NCBI GenBank assembly: GCA_963815215.1
Contig: CAWFFU010000003.1
Coordinates: 544,001-608,000 of the forward strand
DNA: 64,000 bases
Source: an uncultured Trueperaceae bacterium
GTDB lineage: Bacteria; Deinococcota; Deinococci; Deinococcales; Trueperaceae
Reading direction: 5' to 3'
Both the position numbers and the translations under genes were made by a program. This document shows positions 10,560 through 21,707 of this stretch, piece after piece; position 1 is the first letter of the stretch; each line of letters opens with the position of its first letter. The notes beneath the pieces were generated by a model. The model worked only from the letters and a program-made list of their open reading frames with translations, did not search any database and was not told the origin of the DNA.

Positions 10560-11501
10560 TTACTCCTTCAGCTTCAGTCCGCGCGCCGCCAGGCGCTCCT
10601 TGATCTCTTCGAGCGACTTCTCGCCCACGCCGCCGACCTTCTTGAGGTCGCGCTCGGACAGCGCCAGCAGCGCGTTGACCGAGTCGATGCCCTCCTCCTG
10701 CAGGGAGTGCAGGACGCGGCTGGACAGCTCCAGGCTCTCGAGGCTCATGACGACCTGCTCGGGCGCCGCCACGACCTCCTCCACCGCCTTGGTGGGGATG
10801 GTCATGACCGGAACCTTCTCCTCGCCACCGTCGGCACCTTCGCCGCTGAAGACGTTGAGCTGGTTGCGCATGATGTCGACGGCCTGGTCGAGCGCATCAC
10901 GGGGATCGGCGCTGCCGTCGGTCCAGACGCGGATGACGAGCCGGTCGAGGTCCGTCTTCTGGCCGACGCGTGTGTCCTCGACGCGGTACGCCACGCGGCG
11001 TACCGGGGTGAACACGGCATCGACGGGGATCGAGTTGATGCGGTCCTTGGTGCCGTGGATGTCGGCGGGCACGTAGCCGACACCGCGCTCGACGCGTACC
11101 TCCATCACCAGCCGGCCACCCTTGGTGAGGGTCGCGATATGGAGCTCGCCGTTCATGAGCTCGGCGTTGGCGGGCACGTCGAACTGTGCGGCCGTGACCT
11201 CGCCCGCGCTCTCCGCGCGCAGCGTCAGCGTCACCGGGTCGTCGTCGTAGAGCTTCACGACGAGGTCCTTGAGGTTGAGGATGATCTGCATGACATCCTC
11301 TTTGACCCCTTCGATCGTCGAGAACTCGTGGAGCACGTCCTCGATGTAGACGCTGGTCACCGCGGTACCGGGGATCGACGACAGCAGGATCCGCCGCAGC
11401 GGGTTCCCGAGCGTCACGCCATAGCCACGCGGCAGTGGCTCCACCACGAACTCGCCGTATCGATCGGTCGTTTTCGACTTGAACTCTGGAATGATCTGCA
11501 C
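10560..11501 (-). CDS. rpoA: RNA polymerase alpha subunit
   Basis: 'EPLPRGYGVTLGNPLRRILLSSIPG', 'LHEFSTIEGVKED'; GGAGGAG RBS precedes GTG 11501. Confidence 0.98.
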   Translation of the reverse strand: MQIIPEFKSKTTDRYGEFVVEPLPRGYGVTLGNPLRRILLSSIPGTAVTSVYIEDVLHEFSTIEGVKEDVMQIILNLKDLVVKLYDDDPVTLTLRAESAGEVTAAQFDVPANAELMNGELHIATLTKGGRLVMEVRVERGVGYVPADIHGTKDRINSIPVDAVFTPVRRVAYRVEDTRVGQKTDLDRLVIRVWTDGSADPRDALDQAVDIMRNQLNVFSGEGADGGEEKVPVMTIPTKAVEEVVAAPEQVVMSLESLELSSRVLHSLQEEGIDSVNALLALSERDLKKVGGVGEKSLEEIKERLAARGLKLKE

Positions 11502-11536
11502 CGTGCTCTCCTCCGGCCGTGGCCGCTCTTGCGACC

Positions 11537-12154
11537 TCAGCGCGAGTAGTACTCGATGACCTGAAGCTCGTTCACCGGCACCGTCAAGTCCTCGCGGGCG
11601 GGGCGATGCAGGAACCGGCCCTTGAGCGTTTCCTCGTCGAACTCGAGCCACGGGTTGAGCTTGCCGCGCCGCCGTTCCTCAACGTTGCCCTTGATATGGG
11701 CGTTCTTCTTGGCGTTGGGAGCAACCTCGATCTCGTCACCCGGCGACAACCGGTAGGACGGGACGTCGATACGCCGGCCGTTGACGTGGATGTGCCCATG
11801 GGCGACGAACTGGCGCGCCTGACGCCGGGTCGCGGCGATCCCGAGGCGATACACGACGTTGTCGAGCCGCGATTCGAGCAGCTGCAGGAACACCTCGCCG
11901 GTGGCCCCCACCTTCTTCGACGCCTCGTCGAACAGGTTCGCGAACTGCTTCTCGCTCATGTTGTAGTAGAAGCGCAGCTTCTGCTTCTCACGCAGACGCA
12001 CGCCGTAGTCGCTGATCTTCCGGCGACGCCGCTGGCCGTGCTGCCCCGGAGGGTAGGGGTGGCGCTCCATATAGCGTTGCACCTTGGGGGACTCCACCAG
12101 GTTGACGCCCTCGCGACGGCAGATTTTTACGATCGGTCCTCTGTATCGGCCCAT
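11537..12154 (-). CDS. rpsD: 30S ribosomal protein S4
   Basis: 'PPGQHG', '[13 protein letters not shown]', 'ARQFVAHGH'. Confidence 0.98.
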   Translation of the reverse strand: MGRYRGPIVKICRREGVNLVESPKVQRYMERHPYPPGQHGQRRRRKISDYGVRLREKQKLRFYYNMSEKQFANLFDEASKKVGATGEVFLQLLESRLDNVVYRLGIAATRRQARQFVAHGHIHVNGRRIDVPSYRLSPGDEIEVAPNAKKNAHIKGNVEERRRGKLNPWLEFDEETLKGRFLHRPAREDLTVPVNELQVIEYYSR

Positions 12155-12178
12155 GACTCTCCTAGCTCTCGTCTACGC

Positions 12179-12571
12179 TCACATGCGCTTCCGCTTGCGC
12201 GGACGGCAGCCGTTGTGGGGGGAGGGGGTGTCGTCGATGATGGTGCGGACGTTCACCCCGGTGGCTTGGATGGAGCGGATCGCCTGCTCGCGACCGGAGC
12301 CGGTGCCCCGGATGATGATGTCGAGCTGCGAAACGCCCATGTTCTGCGCCTTGCGGGTGGCGTCCGCAGCGGCGAGCTGTGCGGCGTACGGGGTGCCCTT
12401 CTTGGAGCCCTTGTAGCCGATCGATCCCGACGAGGACCACGTGACGGTGTTGCCGTCCATGTCGGTGATGGTGACGATGGTGTTGTTGTAGCTGGCGTGG
12501 ATGAACGCTTTGCCCTCGGTCAGGCTGCGCTTGACACGACGCTTGGTCCTGGTCTTGGTCGCTTTGGCCAC
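12179..12571 (-). CDS. rpsK: 30S ribosomal protein S11
   Basis: '[12 protein letters not shown]', 'TPYAAQLAA', 'PHNGCRP'. Confidence 0.98.
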   Translation of the reverse strand: MAKATKTRTKRRVKRSLTEGKAFIHASYNNTIVTITDMDGNTVTWSSSGSIGYKGSKKGTPYAAQLAAADATRKAQNMGVSQLDIIIRGTGSGREQAIRSIQATGVNVRTIIDDTPSPHNGCRPRKRKRM

Positions 12572-12581
12572 GTTCTTCCCC

Positions 12582-12962
12582 TTACTTCCTCGGCGCCCGC
12601 TTCTTGCCGGCCACCGTGCGCCTCGGACCCTTGCGGGTGCGGGCGTTGGTCTTGGTCGACTGGCCTCGGACCGGCAGGCCGCGGCGGTGCCGCAGTCCCC
12701 GGTAGCAACCGATATCCATCAACCGCTTGATGTTGAGCTGCACCTCACGGCGCAGGTCGCCCTCGACCTTGTAGGTGCGATCCACGACCTCGCGCAGCCG
12801 CCCTACCTCGGCCTCGGTGAGATCCTTGACGCGGGTGTCGGGATCGACGCCCACGTTCTGGAGGATCTCCCGCGAACGGCTGGCGCCGATGCCGTAGATG
12901 TACGGCAGCGCCGCCTCGATGCGCTTCTCACGTGGCAAGTCGATGCCAGCGATACGTGCCAT
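12582..12962 (-). CDS. rpsM: 30S ribosomal protein S13
   Basis: '[10 protein letters not shown]', '[18 protein letters not shown]'. Confidence 0.98.
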   Translation of the reverse strand: MARIAGIDLPREKRIEAALPYIYGIGASRSREILQNVGVDPDTRVKDLTEAEVGRLREVVDRTYKVEGDLRREVQLNIKRLMDIGCYRGLRHRRGLPVRGQSTKTNARTRKGPRRTVAGKKRAPRK

Positions 12963-12965
12963 ACC

Positions 12966-13082
12966 TCACCCCTGCCTTTGCTTGTGCTTCGGGTTCGAAG
13001 AGCAGATCACGTAGACCTTGCCGTGCCGGCGGATCACCTTGCACTTGTCACACATGGGTTTCACGGACGCCCGGACTTTCAT
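12966..13082 (-). CDS. rpmJ: 50S ribosomal protein L36 (Zn-ribbon type)
   Basis: Translated by hand (too short for the ORF track): [38 protein letters not shown]. Confidence 0.97.
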   Translation of the reverse strand: MKVRASVKPMCDKCKVIRRHGKVYVICSSNPKHKQRQG

Positions 13083-13094
13083 GCTCGACTCCTG

Positions 13095-13385
13095 TTATTT
13101 CCGATAGACGATGCGACCCTTTTCGGGGTCGTACGTGCTGATCTCCACCACGACACGGTCGCCTGGGAGGATGCGGATGTAATGACGGCGCATCTTGCCC
13201 CCAACGTGGGCAAGGATCTCGGGTCCGGCATCCAGCTGGACGAGGAACGTCGTGTTCGGACGAGCCTCGAGCACCACCCCCTCGGTGCGGATGCTGTCCT
13301 GCGTCGTTTCCTCTTCGCGCGGAGTACGCGGCTTGCCTCTACCCCCGCGCCTGCCTGGCCGGCCTCCTGATCGCCTACGCGCCAT
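13095..13385 (-). CDS. infA: Translation initiation factor IF-1 with N-terminal Arg/Gly-rich extension
   Basis: '[39 protein letters not shown]'; GGAGGAGG lies 5 nt before ATG 13385. Confidence 0.95.
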   Translation of the reverse strand: MARRRSGGRPGRRGGRGKPRTPREEETTQDSIRTEGVVLEARPNTTFLVQLDAGPEILAHVGGKMRRHYIRILPGDRVVVEISTYDPEKGRIVYRK

Positions 13386-14148
13386 GCACACCTCCTCCGG
13401 TGCCTGTCGTTGCCGTCAACACGCGCGGTCCATCTTCGGTGATGGCCACCGTGTGTTCGAAGTGTGCCGCCAGGCTCCCGTCTGCGGTGGAAGCCGTCCA
13501 GCCGTCGTCCGCGATGAGCACCGTGGTCCGCTTCAGCGAAACCATCGGCTCGATCGCGAGAACCAAGCCCGGACGGAGCACGGGGCCCGTGCCGGCACGT
13601 CCATAGTTGGGGACCTCGGGTCCTTCGTGGAACTCCCGACCGATGCCGTGGCCCACGAACTCCCTGATCACCCAGTAGCCCTCGGCCTCGACGACGCCCT
13701 GAATGGCCGCGGAAACGTCGCCCAGCCGGTTGCCTGCCAGCGCCGCCTCGATCCCTGCGGTCAACGACCGCTCGGTGGTCTCGAGGAGGCGCCGCGCCTC
13801 GTCGGGGATCGCGCCGACGGCGAACGTGCTGGCCATGTCCGCGGCGTACCCCCGGTAGAAGGTCCCGATGTCGATCGACACAATGTCACCCTCCGCCACA
13901 CGAACGCCGTCCGGAATTCCGTGGACGACCACTTCGTTGACGGAGGTGCACAGCGTCGCCGGGAAGCCACGATAGCCCTTGAAGGCGGGCTTCCCACCAC
14001 GCGCGAGGATAGCATCTTCGGCGATGGCGTTCAACTCGAGGGTCGACACGCCCGGCCGGACGGCCGCAGCCACCGCTTCCAGCGCCTCGCGGTTGATGAC
14101 CCCGGCTTCCGCCATGATGTCGATCTCACCGCTGCGCTTGAGGATCAC
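13375..14148 (-). CDS. map: Type I methionine aminopeptidase
   Basis: '[13 protein letters not shown]', 'GHGIG..HEGP', 'AIEPM', 'AHFEHT'. Confidence 0.97.
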   Translation of the reverse strand: MILKRSGEIDIMAEAGVINREALEAVAAAVRPGVSTLELNAIAEDAILARGGKPAFKGYRGFPATLCTSVNEVVVHGIPDGVRVAEGDIVSIDIGTFYRGYAADMASTFAVGAIPDEARRLLETTERSLTAGIEAALAGNRLGDVSAAIQGVVEAEGYWVIREFVGHGIGREFHEGPEVPNYGRAGTGPVLRPGLVLAIEPMVSLKRTTVLIADDGWTASTADGSLAAHFEHTVAITEDGPRVLTATTGTGGGVHGA

Positions 14149-14726
14149 GGCAGCACCTCGTCGATCCGTTCGGAGACTTCGTCCACCGTACCCATGCCAT
14201 CGACACGGTGCAGCTTGCCCCGCTCCGCGTAGTACTCCAGCAGCGGCTGCGTCTGGCTCCGGTACACGTTCATGCGATTGCGGATGGTCGCTTCGTTATC
14301 ATCCGAACGGCCCTCTTCGGCGGCGCGGCTGGCGAGGCGGCGAACCAGCTCGTCCTCGTCGACCTGCAGCGCGACCGCCGCCGTGAGCGAGGTCCCGTCG
14401 CTGGCGAGCAACGTGTCGAGCGCGGCTGCTTGTCCCGGCGTTCGGGGGAAGCCGTCGAGGAGCACGCGTACGGGCCGCATGGGATCGATCTCGGAGGCCA
14501 CCATGGCGATGATCAGATCGTCGGGGACGAGCTCGCCGGCGTCCATGATGCCCTTCGCCTCGAGGCCGAGCTCCGTGCCGCGCGCGACCTGTGAGCGCAG
14601 CATGTCCCCGGTGGCGAGCTTGCGAAGGTCTCGCGCCTCGGCCAACCTCGCCGCCTGCGTGCCCTTCCCCGCACCGGGGGGGCCCATCAGCAGGACGACC
14701 TCGGCTCTGGACGCTTCGGCGGACAC
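14145..14726 (-). CDS. adk: Adenylate kinase (short, LID-less form)
   Basis: 'GPPGAGKGTQA', 'LLDGFPRT', 'RSDDN'. Confidence 0.97.
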   Translation of the reverse strand: MSAEASRAEVVLLMGPPGAGKGTQAARLAEARDLRKLATGDMLRSQVARGTELGLEAKGIMDAGELVPDDLIIAMVASEIDPMRPVRVLLDGFPRTPGQAAALDTLLASDGTSLTAAVALQVDEDELVRRLASRAAEEGRSDDNEATIRNRMNVYRSQTQPLLEYYAERGKLHRVDGMGTVDEVSERIDEVLP

Positions 14727-16046
14727 CTAGAAGCGCCTCCCGCGGCCACGGATCCGGCCCTTGCTCACGAAGCCCTCGTAGTGTCGCATCATCAGCTGCG
14801 ACTCGAGCTGCCGGAGCGTGTCGAGCGCGACGCCGACCATGATCAGCAACCCGGTGCCGGAGAACACGAACGACAGCTGGCCCGTGCCCGTGAGCCATGC
14901 GAAGACCTGGGGCAAGGCGTTGACCGCACCCAGGAAGAGCGCACCCCACAGCGTGATCCGGTTGGTGATCCGGGTGAGGTGATCCGTGGTCGGTTGGCCC
15001 GGCCGCACTCCCGGCACGAAGCCGCCGTACTCGCGCAGGTTGTCGCTGATGCGCCTCGGATCGAAGGTGATCTGCGTATAGAAGTAGGTGAACCCGACGA
15101 TCAGCAAGGTGCTCAGGGTGAGGCCCTGCCAGTGCGACGGGTTGAACCAGGAGCCGATGCCCTGCAGCCAGACGGTGTTGGGGAACGCCCCGATGACGGT
15201 CTGAGGAAGGATCAGGATGGCCACGGCGAAGATGATGGGGATCACGCCCGCGGCGTTCAGCCGGAGCGGGATGTAGGTGGTCTGACCGCCCATCACCTTC
15301 CGGCCCACCACCTTACGCGCGTACTGCACCGGGATGCGTCTCTCCGCCTGCTGCACCAGCACCATGCCCGCGATGGCCACGATGAGGAGCGCCAGGTAGA
15401 AGATGAGCCCGAACACGTTCGCCTGCCCCTTGCCGATGAGCGCGAACTCCTGCGCCAGGGCGTTGGGGAACGCCGCCACGATGCCGGCGTAGATGATGAG
15501 CGAGATCCCGTTGCCGACGCCGTACTCGGTGATCTTCTCGCCCAGCCACATCACCACCGAGATACCGGCAACCTGCGTCACCAGAACCACGAACCAGAAG
15601 AAGGGCCCGTTGACCCAACCGATCCGCAGCGCACCGCTCGGTCCGAGCAGCGCGATGGCCAGGAACAGAGCCTGCACAGCGCCCAGCGCGGTGGCGCCGT
15701 AGCGCGTGTACTGCGTGATCTTGCGACGGCCTTCCTCACCCTCCTTGCTCAGCTTCTCGAGCGGCGGGTAGGTCGACTGGAGCAACTGGATGATGATGCT
15801 CGCCGTGATGTAGGGGATGACCCCGAGCGCGGCGATAGAGAACACCTTGAAGTTGCCGCCCGAGATGAAGTTGAGCAGGCCGAAGATCGACCCCTGGCCG
15901 AACCCGCCGGCCTTGAGCCTGGCGATGTCGATCCCCGGCGTGGGGATGAACACGAGCAGCCGGTACACCGTGAGCAGCCCGATGGTAACGAGCAGCTTGG
16001 CGCGCAGGTCCGCAATGACCATCGCATTGCGAAAGGCCTGGAGCAT
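14727..16046 (-). CDS. secY: Preprotein translocase SecY
   Basis: 'SIAALGVIPYITASII', 'GVGNGISLII', 'PGVRPG', 'GTGLLIMVGVALD'. Confidence 0.98.
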   Translation of the reverse strand: MLQAFRNAMVIADLRAKLLVTIGLLTVYRLLVFIPTPGIDIARLKAGGFGQGSIFGLLNFISGGNFKVFSIAALGVIPYITASIIIQLLQSTYPPLEKLSKEGEEGRRKITQYTRYGATALGAVQALFLAIALLGPSGALRIGWVNGPFFWFVVLVTQVAGISVVMWLGEKITEYGVGNGISLIIYAGIVAAFPNALAQEFALIGKGQANVFGLIFYLALLIVAIAGMVLVQQAERRIPVQYARKVVGRKVMGGQTTYIPLRLNAAGVIPIIFAVAILILPQTVIGAFPNTVWLQGIGSWFNPSHWQGLTLSTLLIVGFTYFYTQITFDPRRISDNLREYGGFVPGVRPGQPTTDHLTRITNRITLWGALFLGAVNALPQVFAWLTGTGQLSFVFSGTGLLIMVGVALDTLRQLESQLMMRHYEGFVSKGRIRGRGRRF

Positions 16047-16048
16047 CC

Positions 16049-16519
16049 CTAGCTCTCCTCGACCGCGTCCGCGGCAGCTTCATGCGCCGTGACGCTGCCA
16101 CCGGCGGCGGTGACCGCCTGGGCGGCGGACCGCGATACCGCTTCGACCTCCACGGTCAGCTTCTTCACTTCGAGCTCGCCGTCCCCGAGGAGCTTGACGG
16201 GGCGGTCGGCCTTGCGCACCAACCCACGCGCCTTGAGGCTCTCGGCGTCGACCTTGTCCCCTTCGGCGAAGCCGTTGAGATCGGACAGGTTGACGATCTG
16301 GAAGAGCTCACGCTCGCGCGTGAAGCCGCGCTTGGGCAGCCGCATGATGAGACGAGAACGACCGCCTTCCCAGCCGGCGCCGCCGCTGAACCCGCTACGG
16401 CTCTTCTGGCCCTTCTGTCCGCGACCCGCGGTCTTGCCGCGGCCGCTCCCCAGGCCCCGCCCAACGCGACGGCGTTGTTTCTTGGAGCCCCGCGCGGGCT
16501 TGAGTTCGTTGAGCTTCAC
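16049..16519 (-). CDS. rplO: 50S ribosomal protein L15
   Basis: 'RVGRGLGSGRGKTAGRGQKGQKSR', 'RLPKRGF'. Confidence 0.98.
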   Translation of the reverse strand: MKLNELKPARGSKKQRRRVGRGLGSGRGKTAGRGQKGQKSRSGFSGGAGWEGGRSRLIMRLPKRGFTRERELFQIVNLSDLNGFAEGDKVDAESLKARGLVRKADRPVKLLGDGELEVKKLTVEVEAVSRSAAQAVTAAGGSVTAHEAAADAVEES

Positions 16520-16695
16520 TTGTGCTCCCGCCCTTCGATGTCGAGCAAGTAGGCGATCTTGTCGACCATGCCGCGCACGCTCGCGTTGTCAACGACGTCG
16601 CGGCTGTCACCGACCTTGCGCAGGCCGAGAGCACGCACCGTCGCGCGCTGATCCTTGGGCACGCCGATGAGGCTGCGTCTCAGCCGGAGTTTCAT
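16516..16695 (-). CDS. rpmD: 50S ribosomal protein L30
   Basis: Translated by hand: [59 protein letters not shown]; expected position between rpsE and rplO. Confidence 0.96.
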   Translation of the reverse strand: MKLRLRRSLIGVPKDQRATVRALGLRKVGDSRDVVDNASVRGMVDKIAYLLDIEGREHK

Positions 16696-17165
16696 TCCGC
16701 GGCCTCCCGCTCGGCCTTCGCTTCGCTGTAGGTCTTGAGTTGCTTGAGCCCCTCGATCACCGCGTAGGCGACGTTGGTCTGGTTGCGCGAGCCGAGTTCC
16801 TTGGTGAGCAGATTGCTGTACCCGGCCAGCTCCACGATGGCGCGCGGTACGCTCCCCGCGATGACGCCCGTGCCCGCACCGGCCGGCTTCAGCATGACGC
16901 GGCTGGTGCCATGCTCGCCGAGCACTTCGTGCGGGATGGTGCCGGGCTCTTCGATGGGCACGTCCACCAGGTTCCGCCTGGCGACGTACTGGCCCTTCTG
17001 CACCGCCAGAGGCACTTCCTTGGCCTTGCCCAGGCCTACGCCCACACGACCCTTGCGGTCCCCCACGACCACCATGGCCCCGAAGCGGAAGCGGCGGCCG
17101 CCCTTGTACGTCTTCGCCGTCCGGCGGATGAAGATGACCTTGTCTTCGAAATCGGCGTCTGCCAT
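16692..17165 (-). CDS. rpsE: 30S ribosomal protein S5
   Basis: '[16 protein letters not shown]', 'GTGVIAG'. Confidence 0.98.
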   Translation of the reverse strand: MADADFEDKVIFIRRTAKTYKGGRRFRFGAMVVVGDRKGRVGVGLGKAKEVPLAVQKGQYVARRNLVDVPIEEPGTIPHEVLGEHGTSRVMLKPAGAGTGVIAGSVPRAIVELAGYSNLLTKELGSRNQTNVAYAVIEGLKQLKTYSEAKAEREAAE

Positions 17166-17208
17166 CAGGACACGTGGCCTTTCTGGGTACGAAGCTTCAG
17201 AGCGGCCA

Positions 17209-17556
17209 TCAGAACTCGAGGCCCCCCTCGCGCGCGCCGTCGGCGAGCGCTTTGACGCGACCGTGGTACTTGTACGGCCCACGGTCGAATACGACCTGCG
17301 TGACGCCGGCAGCCTGCGCGCGCTTGGCGAGCTCCTGTCCGACGGCCTTGGCCTGGTCGGTCTTGTCTCCCTTGGACGCGAGGTCCTTGCTGTTGGCCGC
17401 GGCCACCGTGACGCCACGGCGATCGTCGATCACCTGTGCGTAGATGAAGCGCGCGCTCCGGAACACCGTGAGGCGGAGCCTCCCGGTGTCGACCGGGCGC
17501 CGGATGCTCCGGCGGGTCCGGAAGGTGCGGCGCTGTGTACGTGTCAGTCCATTCAT
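17209..17556 (-). CDS. rplR: 50S ribosomal protein L18
   Basis: '[15 protein letters not shown]', '[23 protein letters not shown]'. Confidence 0.98.
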   Translation of the reverse strand: MNGLTRTQRRTFRTRRSIRRPVDTGRLRLTVFRSARFIYAQVIDDRRGVTVAAANSKDLASKGDKTDQAKAVGQELAKRAQAAGVTQVVFDRGPYKYHGRVKALADGAREGGLEF

Positions 17557-17583
17557 GATGCGCTACCTCGATGCAGCCGCCGG

Positions 17584-18123
17584 TTAGCGGGCTGCCGCCT
17601 TACCGGCCTTGAGCCGAACCTGCTCGCCTGCGTACCGAACGCCCTTGCCGTGGTAGTGATCGGGCGGACGAACGGCGCGGATGTTGGCGGCCACCTGGCC
17701 CACCAGCTGCTTGTCGATGCCACTCACCGTGATCCTGGTCGGTTCCGGCGCCTGGATGGTGACACCTTCCGGCGGCGTGATGACCACGGGGTGGGAGTAA
17801 CCCACCGTGAGCTCGAGGTCGCTGCCCTTCATCTGGCAGCGGAAGCCGACGCCCTGGATCTCCAGGTTCTTCTGGAAGCCGCCCACCACCCCGGCGACGG
17901 CGTTGGCCACCAGGCTCCGCGCCAGCCCATGCTGGGCGCGGTCGTTGCGGTGGTCCGAGGGCCGCTCCATGGTGACGACACCCTGGTCGATGCTGACCGA
18001 GATGCGCGGGCTGATGTCGACGGAGAGCGTGCCCTTGGGGCCCTTGACGTTCACCGTGCTGTCGGCCACCTGCAGCTCCACGCCCTTCGGGAGCGTGATG
18101 GGGGCGCGACCTATGCGGGACAT
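17584..18123 (-). CDS. rplF: 50S ribosomal protein L6
   Basis: 'MSRIGRAPI', '[12 protein letters not shown]', 'YHGKGVRY'. Confidence 0.98.
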   Translation of the reverse strand: MSRIGRAPITLPKGVELQVADSTVNVKGPKGTLSVDISPRISVSIDQGVVTMERPSDHRNDRAQHGLARSLVANAVAGVVGGFQKNLEIQGVGFRCQMKGSDLELTVGYSHPVVITPPEGVTIQAPEPTRITVSGIDKQLVGQVAANIRAVRPPDHYHGKGVRYAGEQVRLKAGKAAAR

Positions 18124-18124
18124 C

Positions 18125-18520
18125 TCACCACACCTCGCAGACGATCTCGCCGCCGACGTTCTTGCGGCGAGCCTCCGAGTCGATCATGAGGCCCTGCGAC
18201 GTCGACACCACCGACATCCCGAGGCCGCCGCGGACGACCGGCACGTGCTTCCCCTTGGCGTAGGCGCGCCGGCCCGGCGACGACACGCGGGTGATCTGGT
18301 GGATCACCGGCGTGCGCTTGGGACCATACTTGAGCGCGATCCGCAGCACCGGATGGCCGCCGACCTCGACCTCCTCGATCGACTTCAGGTAACCTTCCCG
18401 GGCCAGCACGTGCGCCAGGGACTTCTTGAACTTGCTCGCCGGCACGTCCACGCTGGCCATATGCACGGCCTGGGCGTTGCGGATGCGGGTGAGCATGTCA
18501 GCAATGGGATCAGTTTGCAT
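18125..18520 (-). CDS. rpsH: 30S ribosomal protein S8
   Basis: '[13 protein letters not shown]', 'STSQG'. Confidence 0.98.
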   Translation of the reverse strand: MQTDPIADMLTRIRNAQAVHMASVDVPASKFKKSLAHVLAREGYLKSIEEVEVGGHPVLRIALKYGPKRTPVIHQITRVSSPGRRAYAKGKHVPVVRGGLGMSVVSTSQGLMIDSEARRKNVGGEIVCEVW

Positions 18521-18610
18521 CGTTTATGGGTCCTCCTGGGGGCCGGTTTCAACGCAAGGCGCGTTGACCTCTGCCCCGCTAGTAGCGCTTCTCGCTTGTC
18601 GCGCCGCGAC

Positions 18611-18796
18611 TCACCAGCTGGCCTTGACGACACCGGGTAGATATCCCTTGTGCGCCATCTCCCGAACGCAGATGCGGCACAGCCCGAAGTCACGCAGGTA
18701 TGCGCGCGAGCGCCCGCAGCGGCTGCAGCGGTTGACGTGCCGCGCCTGGAACTTGGGCGTGCGATTGGACTTGGCGATCTGGGCTTTCGTTGCCAC
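18611..18796 (-). CDS. rpsN: 30S ribosomal protein S14 type Z (Zn-binding)
   Basis: 61 aa with 'RCSRCGR..GLCRIC'. Confidence 0.97.
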   Translation of the reverse strand: MATKAQIAKSNRTPKFQARHVNRCSRCGRSRAYLRDFGLCRICVREMAHKGYLPGVVKASW

Positions 18797-18805
18797 GTGT
18801 CCTCC

Positions 18806-19354
18806 CTACTTCCTGAACGGCATGCCGAGGAACTCGAGCAGGCTGCGCGCCTCTTCGTCGCTCTCGGCTGTCGTCACGATGGTGATGTCCATGCCGCGCG
18901 TGGCATCGACCTGGTCGTAGTTGATCTCGGGAAACACCAGCTGCTCGCGGATCCCGAGGCTGTAGTTGCCCCGCCCGTCGAAGCTGTTGGCGCTGACGCC
19001 GCGGAAATCGCGCACCCGCGGCAGAGCGACGTTGATGAGCTTGTCCAGGAACGCCCACATGCGCGTTCCACGCAGCGTCACCTTGAGGCCGATCGCCATG
19101 CCGGCGCGCACCTTGAAGTTCGAGACCGACTTCTTGGCCTTGGTGATGACCGGGCGCTGCAGAGCGATCTGCGCGAGCTCCTTGGAGGCGCGCTCGAGAA
19201 CCTTCGAGTCCTCCCGGGCCTCGCCTACCCCCATGTTGATGACGATCTTCTCCACGCGCGGCACCGCCATGGGGTTGCCGTAGCCGTGGCGCTCGACGAG
19301 CTGGCTCTTGACCTGCTCGTATCGAACTTTGATGGGTAGCGTTACCTTCTCCAT
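18806..19354 (-). CDS. rplE: 50S ribosomal protein L5
   Basis: '[11 protein letters not shown]', '[10 protein letters not shown]', '[10 protein letters not shown]'. Confidence 0.98.
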   Translation of the reverse strand: MEKVTLPIKVRYEQVKSQLVERHGYGNPMAVPRVEKIVINMGVGEAREDSKVLERASKELAQIALQRPVITKAKKSVSNFKVRAGMAIGLKVTLRGTRMWAFLDKLINVALPRVRDFRGVSANSFDGRGNYSLGIREQLVFPEINYDQVDATRGMDITIVTTAESDEEARSLLEFLGMPFRK

Positions 19355-19361
19355 GCTCTTC

Positions 19362-19691
19362 CTACTCGTCCAATCGGGCGCCGGACTTGCGAGCGACGCG
19401 GTGCTTGTGGCCGCTCTCGTCGACGTCGTAGCCCACGCGCGTGAGCTCGCCGGACTGCGGGTCGAGGAGCTGCACGTTGCTGAGATGGATGGGCGCTTCC
19501 TGCTCCAGGAAGCCGCCGCGCGGGTTGTCCTGCGTCGGCCGCTGCGCCTTCTTGATGACGTTGACGTTCTTGACGAGCACACGGTTGGTGTCGCGGAACA
19601 CCGTGAGGACTTCGCCTTCGGCCCCCTTGTGCTTGCCCGCGATCACCCGGACCTGATCGCCGCGGCGGATGCGGATCTTGGGCCTCGACAT
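19362..19691 (-). CDS. rplX: 50S ribosomal protein L24
   Basis: KOW motif '[13 protein letters not shown]', 'EAPIHLSNV'. Confidence 0.98.
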   Translation of the reverse strand: MSRPKIRIRRGDQVRVIAGKHKGAEGEVLTVFRDTNRVLVKNVNVIKKAQRPTQDNPRGGFLEQEAPIHLSNVQLLDPQSGELTRVGYDVDESGHKHRVARKSGARLDE

Positions 19692-19692
19692 G

Positions 19693-20061
19693 TCAGAGCA
19701 CCTCCGGTGCGAGCGAGACGATGCGCATGAAGCGCTTCTCGCGCAGCTCCCGGGCTACCGGCCCGAACACGCGGGTTCCACGGGGCTCGTTCTGGTTGTT
19801 GATGATGACCGCCGCGTTGCTGTCGAACCGGATGGAGGAGCCGTCCTTGCGGTTGATCTCCTTCTTGGTCCGAACGATCACGGCCTTCACCACGTCGCCT
19901 TTCTTGATCTGCGCGTGGGGGATGGCGTCCTTGACGGCCGCCACGACCACGTCGCCGACCGAGCCGACGAACTGCTGCCCGGTACCGAGCACGCGGATGC
20001 ACTGGATCCGACGGGCACCGGAGTTGTCGGCCACATCGAGGAAGGTCTCCTGCTGGATCAT
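19693..20061 (-). CDS. rplN: 50S ribosomal protein L14
   Basis: 'VADNSGA', '[13 protein letters not shown]', 'SLAPEVL'. Confidence 0.98.
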   Translation of the reverse strand: MIQQETFLDVADNSGARRIQCIRVLGTGQQFVGSVGDVVVAAVKDAIPHAQIKKGDVVKAVIVRTKKEINRKDGSSIRFDSNAAVIINNQNEPRGTRVFGPVARELREKRFMRIVSLAPEVL

Positions 20062-20084
20062 GACGGAATGCTCCTGACCTGCCC

Positions 20085-20330
20085 TTAGCCCCGGGCCTTC
20101 TCGAGCAGGCGCGTCACGACGAAGCGCTTGCGTTTGCTGATCGGGCGGCTGGAGGTGATCTCCACCAGGTCGCCCAGCTTGTACTCGTTGCGCTCATCGT
20201 GAGCCAGGTACCGCTTGGACAGCGTGACGACCTTGCCGTAGAGCGGGTGCTTGAGGCGCCGCTCCACGTTCACCGTCACCGTCTTGTCGGCTCCGTCGCT
20301 CACGACGCGCCCCTGCATAGCTCTCTTCAT
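20085..20330 (-). CDS. rpsQ: 30S ribosomal protein S17
   Basis: 'GRVVSD..KTVTV', 'HPLYGK', 'RPISK'. Confidence 0.98.
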   Translation of the reverse strand: MKRAMQGRVVSDGADKTVTVNVERRLKHPLYGKVVTLSKRYLAHDERNEYKLGDLVEITSSRPISKRKRFVVTRLLEKARG

Positions 20331-20527
20331 CGCGTCGTCTCCTCCGGCTTCTCGCCGGCGATGGTCAGAAGCCGGGCGATCTCCCGCTTCGCCGTGCGGA
20401 TGCGCCTCGGGTTCGAGGCGTGGCCGACGGCGGCCTGGATCCGCAGGTCGAGAAGCTCCTGGCGGAGCTTGTCCACCTCGAGGTGGATCTCGTCCGGCGT
20501 CAGGTTGCGGACCTCATTGGGCTTCAT
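20327..20527 (-). CDS. rpmC: 50S ribosomal protein L29
   Basis: '[21 protein letters not shown]'; gene order. Confidence 0.97.
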   Translation of the reverse strand: MKPNEVRNLTPDEIHLEVDKLRQELLDLRIQAAVGHASNPRRIRTAKREIARLLTIAGEKPEETTR

Positions 20528-20939
20528 CGTAGATCTCCCGCTCGACCATCTTTACCTTGATAGGGAGCTTGTGGCTGGCGAGGCGGAACGCCTCCTTGGC
20601 CTGCTCCTCCGTAACGTTGGCGACCTCGAAGAGCACGCGTCCCGGCTTCACTACCGAGACCCAGTACTCCACCGCGCCCTTGCCCTTCCCCATGCGGACT
20701 TCCTGTGGCTTCTTCGTCACGGGCTTGTCCGGGAAGATGCGGATGTAGATCTTGCCGCCGCGCTTGAAGTAGCGGCTCATGGTGACGCGGCAGGCCTCGA
20801 TCTGGTTGGACTTGATCCAGGCCGGCTCCATCGCCACCAGAGCGAAGTCGCCGAAGGCGACGTAGTCTCCGCCCTTGGTGTCGCCCTTCATGCGGCCGCG
20901 CATCTGCTTGCGGTACTTGACGCGCTTGGGAAGCAGCAT
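20514..20939 (-). CDS. rplP: 50S ribosomal protein L16
   Basis: '[16 protein letters not shown]', 'RMGKGKG'. Confidence 0.98.
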   Translation of the reverse strand: MLLPKRVKYRKQMRGRMKGDTKGGDYVAFGDFALVAMEPAWIKSNQIEACRVTMSRYFKRGGKIYIRIFPDKPVTKKPQEVRMGKGKGAVEYWVSVVKPGRVLFEVANVTEEQAKEAFRLASHKLPIKVKMVEREIYDEAQ

Positions 20940-20942
20940 GGG

Positions 20943-21707
20943 CTAGGACCTTTCCTTCTTGACCCGCGCGCGACCTTCACGATTGGGACCGTCACGCCGA
21001 CGCGCCTGTGGACGACGCCGGCGGCGCTTGTCCTCATCCTGACGGGGACGCGGGAGCACGGCGGCGCGGCGGGTCTTGTGGCCGACGATCTCGCCGTGGA
21101 ACACCCACGCCTTGACGCCGATGATGCCGTAGCTCGTGCGTGCCTCGGCCGTACCGTAATCGATGTCGGCGCGGAGCGTCTGCAACGGAACGCGACCATC
21201 CGAGTACCACTCGGGACGGGCCTGCTCGGAACCGCCCAGGCGGCCGGAGCAGCGGATCTTCACACCCTGCGCGCCGGACTCCATGGTGCGCTGGACCGCC
21301 TGCTTCATGGCCCGCCGGAACGCGAAGCGGCGCTCGAGCTGCTCGGCGATGCGCTTGGCCACCAAGGCGCCGTTGGTGTTCGGGTTCGCGACCTCTTGGA
21401 CGTTCACGGCGATGGTGCCCGGGATGGACCGATCGAGACGCGCGCGAAGGGCCTTGATCGACTCCCCGCCACGACCGATCACCACACCCGGCTTGGCAGT
21501 GTGGATGGTGATGTTGATGTTGTGCGCGGCCCGCTCGATGTCGATGCGCGAGATGCCGGCATGGCCTACGTCCTGGAAGATCGCGCGGCGGATCTCCTCG
21601 TCCTCGGTCAGGAGGCGCGGATAGTTCTTGGTATCGGCGTACCAGTGGGCGGACGGTTCCTTGTTCACGCCCAGCCGGAACCCGATCGGATTGATCTTAT
21701 TGCCCAC
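20943..21707 (-). CDS. rpsC: 30S ribosomal protein S3
   Basis: 'MGNKINPIGFRLG', 'GRVPLQTLRADIDY'. Confidence 0.98.
   Translation of the reverse strand: MGNKINPIGFRLGVNKEPSAHWYADTKNYPRLLTEDEEIRRAIFQDVGHAGISRIDIERAAHNINITIHTAKPGVVIGRGGESIKALRARLDRSIPGTIAVNVQEVANPNTNGALVAKRIAEQLERRFAFRRAMKQAVQRTMESGAQGVKIRCSGRLGGSEQARPEWYSDGRVPLQTLRADIDYGTAEARTSYGIIGVKAWVFHGEIVGHKTRRAAVLPRPRQDEDKRRRRRPQARRRDGPNREGRARVKKERS

Noticed and set aside
11537..12154. S4 lacking the N-terminal zinc-finger cysteines
   Set aside because: Zn-free S4 variants are common, so this is not remarkable.
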